Assembly: GCA_002633005.1 (NCBI GenBank)
Contig: NMRA01000023.1
Location: 1,468,689-1,532,688 of the forward strand
Direction: 5' to 3'
DNA length: 64,000 nucleotides
DNA from: Phoronis australis
Lineage: Eukaryota > Animalia > Phoronida
Shown: positions 52,501 to 61,705 of the stretch, piece after piece
Layout of the letters: every line of letters begins with the position of its first letter
Numbering within the stretch: position 1 is the stretch's first letter
Made by a program: the position numbers and the translations under genes
The notes under the pieces: generated by a model
Seen by the model: the letters and a program-made list of their open reading frames with translations, nothing else
Told to the model about the DNA's origin: nothing
Database searches by the model: none

Positions 52501-54642
52501 AACATGGATCAACAACAAACGCCACAACAAGCGACATACGAGCGAGCCTAAGTGGATACAGGCGCATGCAGCACGTGCGGTCGATGGCATACTGGACAAC
52601 AAGCTACCAAGCTGTACCATACTGGACAACCATTACGTAGACAAACCCACGTGGATGGTCGATCTCGGCTTCAGGACATCGATATCAGGGGTCAAGATTC
52701 TCACGTGGCAGGGGGAAGGTAAACGAGGTATGGATGTTGTGCTCCCGCACGTTTGTTCGTCTGGTTTAATGTATCCTCATAGATGTATACTCTAAGTCAA
52801 ATTTAAATGTTTAGTCGAATAAGAACCGGTCCCTTTCACCAAACACTCCTATCAAAGAGGCCAATGCCGCCGACTGCGAAAGAGATTTTTATAACACTGA
52901 TGCAACTCAATCCATGTACATTTGGTCAAGATAAAAAAATCTAAAACTACTTTCACGTGCGTTTTATCGCAACTGGAAATCATACACGCGTCTAAGACTG
53001 GGCAGGAGTAGTTGACCGAGGCTGCTTGCAAAACGCACCACGCACTGTCTAATAGAAAGAAAGTGACACACGAGATCTTGCCGAAGTCCTCAGTCTTTTT
53101 TCTTCTATATCAAGGAACTCTTTAGCATCGTGTCTATTAACAAAGGTGATCTGAAAGGAACCGTGTCTATAAGTTTATGAACGGACTCTTCCAAAGTTGT
53201 TGTAACCGAGTGTGCCAAAACACAATGTGAATTTTAACCACAAGTGCATGAAGTATGGCATGGGCTGTAGTTACCATGGTTGTCATGGGCTGTAATTACC
53301 ATGGTTGTCATGGGCTGTAGTTACCGTGGTTGTCATGGGCTGTAGTTACCATGGTTGTCATGGGCTGTGGTTACCGTGGTTGTCATGGGCTGTAGTTACC
53401 ATGGTTGTCATGGGCTGTAGTTACCATGGTTTTCACGGGCTGATGTTACCATGGTTGTCATGGGCTGTAGTTACCATAGTTGTCATGCTTTCCCAGTGTT
53501 GTACGCTTAATGGCGTTGATAAAATGACGTTGCTTTGTATATAGAGTAGGCCTACGTTGTAGCACTGTCTAAAAGAGATATTTGATATATTAAGTAAAAA
53601 CTGATCACACGTCATTTCAAGCATACCGACATGTATCAGGTGTGTAAAATATGCCCAAGAATGGCTAAATACCTTGGGGTAATTATCAGAGAAACTTCGT
53701 GCTAAGAAGTCTATTTCCTTACATAAAGAAGAATGACAGCCTCATTTTGTTCTAGTAGCAACTCACAAACGAATGGTCTCGTTCTTCGCATACTCAACAT
53801 TTCTAAGATACCTGATGGACGCACTTCACACGATATCATTTAAAAGGATACTAAACCCTGTTTTATGATTTCAACCAATCCTCGTTCTGTCACCTGTTAA
53901 TGCATCATTGGCGTCAATTTTCCAAATTAAATGCAGGAATCAATTAAAAACTCATAGCCCCTATTTCACAAATTGGACATTATGGTCCTTCGTGGTGGTC
54001 ATTTCTCCGTGTAATTCTATAAAAGCGCATGGCACGCTTGCCCCATTTAGCAGACTTTGAAAGCAGTTGAGCATTGTTTTGTTTCGGAGAACTGAATGGG
54101 AAACTCGTTTTTAGCATCTGTTAATAGGGCAAAACGGGGCTCTTTTAAAATGTTCCACTACTCATTTGGAAACGTAATAAATCGTTAAAATCAAAATGCT
54201 GAACACGCGAGTCTCGCGTAAATCTAGGACCTCTAAAACGTATGGCAACTTCACGCTGCTCAGGCGGATCTTGGTAAGCTCGACAACTTAGAATGACGCA
54301 GGCAAAAGAATAATTTTCCGCAGCTCAAGGAATGGAAACTAACATAATTAACCCTGTCTTGCAGATGATGAAAAGAGCAAAGATACGTACAAAGATTATA
54401 TGTACAACTTGGACAAACTAGCTGTCTACGTGGACAACAAGGCAAACATAGAAGACGTGACCAAGTCCAAATTCTGCGGCCAAGTATCGCGACGGAATAA
54501 CGCGCTGTTCAAGCCCGAGTTGCACGTGTCATGCTCTAACCCAATCAAAGGCCGTTACGTGTACATAGAGGCGTGGGGGGTACCTAATAGGTGGAGTCGT
54601 TTTTTTAGTGCTGTCTTATGCGAAGTTATGGTTTACTCATAA
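25580..54642 (+). CDS. Spliced gene for a secreted protein, ~524 aa: signal peptide + 2x F5/8 type C (discoidin) + F-type lectin-like domain. join(25580..25582,39165..39228,45924..46129,48871..48993,49240..49378,49667..49807,50457..50632,51975..52167,52476..52727,54365..54642)
   Basis: All introns are GT-AG and phases agree (0,1,0,0,1,1,0,1,1). Summed CDS is 1575 nt = 524 aa + TAA. Motifs: PLGM..G.I.DGQITASS, WLQVDLG, GVMTQGR, FEGN.D, ARYVKF, SMRVEVIGC (with a second, diverged copy), then NLAYRK..RAVDG..CT..PTWMVDLG..GRYVYI..LCEVMVY. Additional small exons in the long introns cannot be excluded. Confidence 0.9.
28737..28804. repeat. 16-bp perfect tandem repeat, 4 copies
   Basis: (caagaatacgacgcca)4. 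Confidence 0.95.
34986..35028 (-). ncRNA. Degenerate minimal type-I hammerhead ribozyme motif (Penelope-like element type)
   Basis: Minus strand: GTT-TTGAGGA-T-GGTGTTT-TAAT-AAACGCC-GAAACATGTC-AAGC. 7-bp stem II, GAAA, palindromic ACATGT, GUC cleavage triplet. Core C3 reads as U. Confidence 0.6.
36023..37388. repeat. ~680-bp near-identical direct duplication across a single n (36023-36706 / 36708-37388); probable uncollapsed haplotype overlap
   Basis: The copies abut exactly at n36707 and differ by a few SNPs and a 3-bp indel. Confidence 0.9.
39165..39228 (+). CDS. Signal-peptide exon (ITSMKGQVIWCFLASLLLAAK-G)
   Basis: Branch-like ctaac at 39142, acceptor tctttgcag|, donor AAAG|gtaaga (phase 1, matching 45924). 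Hydrophobic core with an A-K-G cleavage-like site. Second possible start ATG at 39174. Confidence 0.8.
42274..42537. mobile_element. MITE-like inverted-repeat element in an intron
   Basis: atgaaaagtgact ... agtcacttttcat is a perfect 13-bp inverted repeat, with further imperfect inner pairing (cttactctca / tgagcgtaag). Confidence 0.55.
45924..46129 (+). CDS. Discoidin domain 1, N-terminal exon
   Basis: CDQNGPLGMITGEIQDGQITASSS...WCAKYKSSSEWLQVDLGVAAK; tag| acceptor, AAG|gtaaga donor. Confidence 0.95.
48871..48993 (+). CDS. Discoidin domain 1, middle exon
   Basis: VTGVMTQGRGDGVEWVTSFKVSYSVDGVTWKYVEDQYGNQR; tttcag| and |gtaaaa. Confidence 0.95.
49240..49378 (+). CDS. Discoidin domain 1, C-terminal exon (absent from the ORF track)
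   Basis: LFEGNTDSYSVKHSYLDSPVKARYVKFHTVHWNRHPSMRVEVIGCQ; tttcag| and |gtaagt. Confidence 0.95.
49667..49807 (+). CDS. Discoidin domain 2, N-terminal exon (absent from the ORF track)
   Basis: RCKQLLALPPYGKLTASSSHPFRKHSSCQPADGHILSNKAWCSRRKD; ctgtag| and |gtaagt. Confidence 0.93.
50457..50632 (+). CDS. Discoidin domain 2, middle exon
   Basis: DGQWLQYDIGPPTTITGLVTKGRGDTGRKHWVKQFRLSYSNDSRIWYYY...QPK; ttccag| and |gtatgt. Confidence 0.95.
51975..52167 (+). CDS. Discoidin domain 2, C-terminal exon plus Cys-containing linker
   Basis: VFSGNVDK...ARYIRFHPIEWEKAISMRAGLIGCPHHGQCGEGFIRVNKEAPC; ttccag| and |gtaaga. Confidence 0.95.
52476..52727 (+). CDS. F-type lectin-like domain, first exon (alternative in-phase donor after 52718)
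   Basis: VENLAYRKQTW...AARAVDG...SCTILD...KPTWMVDLG...ILTWQGEGKR; tgtag| acceptor; donors G|gtaaac (52718) or G|gtatgg (52727). Confidence 0.9.
53259..53487. repeat. 25-bp minisatellite, ~9 copies, in the last intron of the discoidin gene
   Basis: (catgggctgtagttaccatggttgt)n. Confidence 0.95.
54365..54642 (+). CDS. F-type lectin-like domain, terminal exon with TAA
   Basis: DDEKSKDTYKDYMYNLDKLAVYV...FCG...VSCSNPIKGRYVYI...LCEVMVYS*; ctaac branch-like site and tcttgcag| acceptor. Confidence 0.95.
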
Positions 54643-56784
54643 GTTGCTTGTAGCAAACGGCTTTGTTTTTATTTCTGTGAAAATTAAAACTTAATAACGA
54701 CACCATCCATTAGTTGTCATTGATTAAAAAAATTCGTAGGAATTTACTCCAAAAAATTTCTGTACGACAGACTGTTTGTATACATTGATGTTCACGAGAA
54801 AGTCGAGGTTTTAGGCCTAATTCTTGAAACAGAAAAGTACAATGCAGTCACTAACTGGTGTGAATTTAACGCAAATAAGTAAATTTGGCCAAATATGACA
54901 TGTATTCCTAATGTATCAGGGTCCGTCACCAGCAAACTTTACTCGTTTCTCGACTCGAAAATTGTCGAATCCCATGCCACGCTTCGAGTATTTTTTCCAG
55001 TTTCATGCATTGTGATTGGCCAATTTTCGGAGATGGTCACGATCCCACAGATCTGCGAAGTGTGTGAAAGCCACTGATCAAGTGACCATTTACAGTATGA
55101 AGACCGGTACTGAAGGAACATTACTTGTTTTAGAGTCAGAGTTTGTTCATTTGTTAATGCAGATGAGTAGGTGATTTAGCAAACCTTTCAACAGAAAATG
55201 TGCAGGAGTTTTCGGCAGAAACGACCTTCTTTAAATATGACAGTGTGCGCATGTAAGGAATTCCGCAAGGAGTTTGTTTGGGAAAATATGCATGGCTTAA
55301 TCCCAGAACTTTCCCCGAATTCATAAAAATAGACAAAAAATGGGGAAAAAATTATCTTTCAACAACAATACACCCCGTCGTGTAGTCATCACTTCGAAAT
55401 ACACACCCTAAATTGATTTCCGAATAAACGCCCGACCTTGTCTGCAGAAAACTCTGGTGACTGAGAATTTAGACAAAAAACGCGAACATAGAAACTGTCC
55501 ACCGCTAATCAATGTCTCAGTAAAAGTGCCCAAGAGGAATCCACAGCATAAAAATACCGTTGTGGGTTTGTTGTAAAAGGGCTGCTATAACCTGAAAAGT
55601 CATGAACAACTGTGGCAAAAATTAACATTTTCGATGCAAGTGACCAATCCCAAAATGTCAAAATAGTGTTATAACTGCCAAAAGTGTATGCAGAAATGCA
55701 CGATAGAAGTCGCTACAAGTTCCCTAACGTCCATCATGTGTTCATTAGGTGTATATTTAAAATGTTAAGCAATGTATTATGTTTGTTATGACGCGTGTAC
55801 GAGACTGAAGTTGAAATACCGTAGTTGATATTGCACTGTTTATGAAGTATATGTTTCAGGTGTAAATATGTTTGTCTCAGAAAAAATCAGGTATTAGTCG
55901 TGTAGTTACTCTATGACTCCGTTCCTTTTTGTTGTCTTTTAGTGAACTTGATCTTATAAAGCTACAATGATTATACTGACATTAGAAGCCAGGTCTACAC
56001 ACACATAAAGTTGAAAGAGCAGCCGCAGTCACAGCCTTTCGTAGGTTGTCGAAGACGTTACATAGTAAAATACGTCAAATATTTGCTTCGCATAGCAACT
56101 TATTGAACAATGTGTACAAATACAACTGCAATTTGATGTTACTTACGGTAACGCCTGCAACACACAGAGAGACTGTGACTGCAACTCTTAACACGTGTCG
56201 ACCAGGCTTATTATCATATAGTCGAGGAAATATGCGCATCTGTGGTCAATTCTTGACCAATCTTTGGTGTGTGGACTTGTTTCGCTACAAGGTTTGAAAC
56301 CAGTCAAATACAAACCAAATATTTATAATCAATGAAAGCCAGTTTTGAGATTAGCCAAGAGATATCAAAGTCGTGCTGTCTATCAATTATTACAAGGAGT
56401 GAAGAGCCAATGAGAGTGAAGATATACTGCCAAAACGAATGTACGCTTTGCGATTGGCTGAACTATGAAGGGGTTAAACCAATGGTAAACGAATGTACGA
56501 TTAAAGATTGGGCGAACCACGAAACAAGTCAACCAATTATGAATTCATGTTATGGTTTATGATGGGACGACATGGGAGACAAGGTTCTTATATGCTGCTA
56601 CATTTTCCGGCATCACGTTATTTGTACATATTGAATATTTTTACACTTTATATATTAGGGTATATATTTTTAAGTTGCGTATATTTCATTCTTATTTATT
56701 GCTGTGTTATCCATTCGTAGAGTCGAATACATAATGCAATCTAAGTCATCAAAATTTTGTGGTTTTTATCTTGCAATAGATTTC

Positions 56785-56842
56785 AATAAACAGTTCACAT
56801 CGAGGTCAGATTTTTCCAACTGAACAACTGTGGTGTAATAAA
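56785..56842 (+). terminator. Candidate polyadenylation signals of the discoidin gene (AATAAA at 56785 and 56837)
   Basis: Two AATAAA hexamers after a ~2.1-kb T-rich stretch downstream of the stop; a GT/T-rich tract follows the second. Not verified by transcripts. Confidence 0.35.
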
Positions 56843-57592
56843 GTTGTTGTTCTTTATTCAAATTAGGAGGTGATTAGGCCTACAGGGATTCCAAAGCCCT
56901 GACCGCTTGTTGCTACTTAGACCAGAGGCTCTACAAGTTAGCTCATCAAGACCTTTTATGCGCCTAGCATGGTCTCAACAAATAACTGCCAATTCGTTAC
57001 AAACCTAAAAATCTCTTCTCATTTGAGGAAGGAGCAAGTTATGCCCAACTTTACAACCATCAGTGGTCTAATCCTAAGTGGGCGGAGCATGGGTTTATGC
57101 TCACTTTTATTAAAGAAAAACCCAAGTCTTCAATAAACAAATTATTCATTTTAAATACATAAAATAAAACATATCAATACCATTCACATCATAACCCAAC
57201 TATTGTATTATCCTACTGATATTTCTTAAAATGTTTCATTTTTCCTATTTTTGCGCGAATGATTTCCACAAGCAGTTTGGCAGTTCTTTGTGAACCCACT
57301 CCGTGTCTCAACTTGTTAACTGGGATCAATACACAACTTTCATGTATTAACGCAGGGCCATCTGGTGATGTAACACTACAAAATGGAAAAGCCTCCAGAA
57401 CTAGTTTACAGAAAAAACCAAAAGACAACGCATACCACAAAAATGTTTTTTGTTGAAGCAATTATACAACACTGCAGTGCTATATTATGACATCACACAA
57501 GACAAGCAATTATCTACGAGTAGATAGCTGAGCACTGAAAACAGCATTGAACTTGTACATAATAGTTAAGTTTATTTAAAAGAACATAACAC

Positions 57593-57861
57593 CTAATTAT
57601 TCAACATGATTTGTTATGAAAATGACATAGGCAAAAATTGAATTTTGAGCCTCAAAATCAAGGCCCACTATATTAACATAGGAGGGCCCGTCAGAAGGCG
57701 GCCGAAGTGTGGGGACCCCATATTAATAAAGAAGGTTGCCAAAAGGCGGCCAGAGAGCGAACGGTTCCTCTATATTAATAAAGCTAACCCACTTTTGAGG
57801 CCTGAAATTGAATTTCTTGCCTATGTCATTTTGATAAGAATAAGTCATTTCAAATAATAAG
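57593..57861. mobile_element. Foldback MITE-like element with long imperfect inverted repeats
   Basis: ttgttatgaaaatgacataggcaaaaatt (57611) versus aatttcttgcctatgtcattttgataagaa (57811-57840). Inner gcctcaaaa/ttttgaggc also pair. Confidence 0.7.
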
Positions 57862-57873
57862 CTGTTCCATACA

Positions 57874-58005
57874 CATGGGCGGCGCACCATAGGGGGCTGG
57901 AGGGCTACAGCCCCCCACTTTTTCAGTGCTACACCGCACATGTTCTATAGGCGGTGCACCACAGGGGGCTTTAGCCCCCACTTTTTCAGTGCTGCGCCGC
58001 CTATG
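57874..58005. mobile_element. 132-bp dimeric GC-rich TIR element with a 5-bp TSD (ATACA)
   Basis: Ends CATGGGCGGCGCA ... TGCGCCGCCTATG. ATACA at 57869-57873 and 58006-58010. Two tandem internal units. Confidence 0.8.
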
Positions 58006-60251
58006 ATACACCTCCTCATATACTTGTACGCCAGTTCTTGTAACTGTAAGAACAAGTTATTATATGGCTACAATTTATCATTTTGTACTCATGCTGGTCC
58101 TGGGATTTGATAGAAGTTGGCATATTTTCCAATCCTAAGGGGACCTTAGGTGTAGAATTTTCTAAGTCAAATCAAACTGTCGCATATCACATTTAAAGCA
58201 TCATAACACATAACAAACACCCATTGTACCCAAAAATATCAGGCCCAGAATAGGACAGTCCCAAATAAAAATCCCCATTTCTTGCCCTGGAGATAGGAAA
58301 AAGCATCGTTACAATGGCTGCGTTTTAGTAATGTTAATCTTATTCTATGAATCGTTGAAAAGTATTGCGGCCACGGATACTTCTCCTGTATATCCAACTT
58401 AATGCCAATGGAGATGAAGCCCACAGCTCAGCTGTAAAACTCCGTTGGCAAAGGAAGGCAACAGCGAAATAAAACAACACGTTTGATCAAGCACTCGATG
58501 TATTTGTAATGTATTTACATCGAATTTTGATGATTTATTGGTGTAAAACGATGAATTCAAGTGATCAGCTGACAACAGTGTGTTGAGAACTGCTGAACAG
58601 ACTGCGTTCGAACCTGTGACGTCAACATCTCCGTCTGCCGTCAGGTAAAAGAACTGTACTTGCTGTTATCGAGTGGAACTACTTGTACTAAATTGATACA
58701 AGAAGGTTGTTTTTGTGAGGCATTCTCCTTTAATACAGTCGAGAAAAACAAGCAAGACACCAACAAATATCATGAGATACTTCAATGGTATAAATTTAGG
58801 ACAGAGAACTGTTTGATGAATGGTGCAGCACTGTGGGTAAATACCACCAGATTAACATGTCGCTGTGTAATCTGGGAACATCCTATTCTCCATCATGACA
58901 GGAAAGTGCCAAAGGAACTTGTTGTCAGAGTCGTGAATGGCCCAGCACTACCGGATATGAAGGGAAACGGCATTTTGTCTGACAGACAACTTTTGATTTG
59001 TACTCTACAAGCCAGAGTAAAAGTTTAAATTCCCCTAATGTGAAAAAGTGGTACTACCAGTACTGGAATACTATGCAGTGTCAGGGGTTAAAACTACAAA
59101 ATCATGAATAACCCGTCGTATATTAAAGCTCACATCAAACATATTCTTAAACAACAAGTAACAGGTACAGCAAAAAAAGAGTGTTTCTGTGCAATACATA
59201 TACGAATCACATAAATATGACACTAACACAGTCTACCATAGCAGAGAGTACATAACTGTTGTTTTGACTTTGTACCAGATCAAAGTTGTCACGCAGACTT
59301 TCAATAGCTACCTTATGATCAGATGATTTCAAAGTCTAGCACGTTAATATATGTGCATATGACCCTTGGATCCAAACCCTGCAACAAGAGCTAATACTTC
59401 ATTCAGAGGATACCCGCTGGAGGATACCCGCTGTGCAAAGAAGCGTAACAGTACTCTCCCCCTGACTACACCAGCGCATGTGATCAAGACTAACACCACA
59501 GGTGACCCCTTGACCTTTGCTTTGCTTCCAATAGATCACCATATCACCAATAACAACAGATGGCATGGGAAGAGAATAAACTTCAAAAAGCAAATCCCTC
59601 AGAGTCCATCAGGCTCATCTGGCCTGTAGCCATGCCCAACATATGCAGTGTAAGTCCATGAAAGTGTTTTGACATTTGAAAAATCAGCATACTGACTCAT
59701 TTTCGTTAGTGCTATGTTTTTTTTTAAAAAATGCTACCGATAGAGCAAAAAAAGGGTGACAGGTATGCTACCCCATCACATGTTACTGCGCAGATGAGAC
59801 TGATACTTCTTTGTACAACCCAGCCGTTTGGAGCCAAGTGGTTCAAGTGCTTTTGCTCAAGCACAGAGCATAGTTGGTCTTCGTTTTCCCGTACTGTCTG
59901 GACCGACCGTGAGTCTATTGGGCATGCTCAAACACATGCCTTGAGACCAGATGATTTGCGTTATATAAAAGCACTGGAGAATTCAGCAAAAGCACCTAGC
60001 GATTGAATTCACCAAGAGCCAGTAGTGTGAGTGATACTTTGAGTGTGCTGAGTAATCACTAAATCACTCATTACATAACTCAAGTTGTAAAGCTGAGCAA
60101 TGTCCAAAAATCAATTTCAACCAAGCAGAATCAATTAACATGGAAAGGATAGACTAAATTATCAGAATCTTATAGTAAACAGCCAGTCTTCACTGCAGCC
60201 CAGGCCTGTCCCCTGACGGGTGAACCACAAAGTTCAGTTGCTTCTTTGTCA

Positions 60252-60333
60252 TCACCTGCATCCATCTTGTTTGAATATTGCCTTTCTGTAAAACTGTAGT
60301 TCTTTGATACTCTCCTTGATGTCCTCAAGAGCT
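60252..60333 (-). CDS. REXO2: Oligoribonuclease (REXO2/Orn, DEDDh exonuclease), last coding exon; upstream exons not found in the window
   Basis: Minus strand reads tgtttgtttttag|A GCT CTT GAG GAC..., giving (R)ALEDIKESIKELQFYRKAIFKQDGCR*. This matches the REXO2 ExoIII motif HRALDDIxESIKELQFYR. Absent from the ORF track. Confidence 0.92.
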
Positions 60334-60799
60334 CTAAAAACAAACAGTTGCCTTGTTATCATGTAATTCTCACATGACAAAGTAAGTCTCTCTCTCACAC
60401 TATGGGAAAAGTACCTATGCCTCCTAACTCTGGAATTTTTTCCGTGAGACAGAGATTTGGCCGCCCCTCAAAACAGAGCATCAAGGGTCCTACAGTTACA
60501 ATAAACACACAAAAGAGTGCACTCTTGAATGATATCAATTTTGTCAATACCTTAGTTCACTGTCTTATAAACGTTTAAGTCTTTCAACTCCAAGTAACTG
60601 TCGGCCATTGTGTCCCTGAACCCCAAGTAACTTAGCACACATGGGCTGAACTGAGGTGCTTGTTTTCAAAATACCATAAACAATCCATTTATAACTGAAT
60701 TTCAAAGTGTAATACACCAAAATGTAGAGAACAGAATGAACTTTATCTACAAATTCACCAAAATTAAAAAATCCCACTCTCTCACGTGATGCAGGTAAG

Positions 60800-61684
60800 T
60801 AACACCTGAAATGCCGGTGTTTGTTTGCCAATTTGCCAATTCAGTGTATCGTTTAAAGAATAAAAATGATTTATGAGTAACGGTGTCGTCAATATTCTTC
60901 AGTAAAATTTCTTAAGATACATTTTCGATCATATTTCACATCTTCTATTTACATTTGAAGTCCATAAAGTGACTTAACTTAGGCGATCGTTAAGTTCAAC
61001 GATTCAAATTTGTCCACTTCTGGTTGTGACTCGCGCTTCGTTTGGGCGTTCAAATTAATTACCCTGACAATTTCACCGAATATTTCATCAATATAGAAAT
61101 TTTTTAAGTACTCAACGTGCTTATCAGAAGACGTACACTCTAGAAGACTCCACATGTTCAGAAAATTTGCGAAGTTGTCGGAGTTCAACGGCGTTTGTTT
61201 GACCCAATTGCGAAATTCGCGACCTGTAAAGTTTTCTTCCGGTTCAAAGCCATGTAATTCAACTTCTTTGTCGTAATAGTCAACAAAATCTGGCCAGACA
61301 TATAAGAATTCCTTTTTGGGTTATCTTGTATATTAATTAAGTAAAAAGTTTACAAATTATTGCCAATTTCATCATTTGAAAAGTCTACGTCTGAATCGCC
61401 GTCGGCCGACGTTTTGTTTTCGCAAGTCATCGATCTAAATTCTTGGAAAACCCCTTCAATAACTCACGTTTCCTCTCAGCAACGAATCAGAAAAGCTGTT
61501 AGAAATGAAGGTAAGGCTATATTTAAATTTGTGACGTACACAAAAGAATTCCCCTAATCAACCAATCAAATATTCTGTTGCTTGGAAGTTCGGCATATCG
61601 TGAGACCGATAAAGCGGTCCATGGTGTTGAATGGAGGTAAGTTTCAGTGACCGCTTAAGCGGTCTGCGGTGTTGAAAGGGTTAA
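60800..61684 (-). mobile_element. piggyBac-like DNA transposon, decayed 5' half, inside the REXO2 intron
   Basis: Minus-strand terminus TTAA|CCCTTTCAACACC. Subterminal palindromes at 61649-61664 (GACCGCTTAAGCGGTC) and 61604-61619. Acidic N-terminus (DDLRENKTSADGDSDVDFSNDE), then VEYLKNFYIDEIFGEIVRVINLNAQ, resembling the start of DDE_Tnp_1_7, followed by stops. Confidence 0.75.
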
Positions 61685-61705
61685 CTAAAATCCAGCCCTT
61701 TAATA

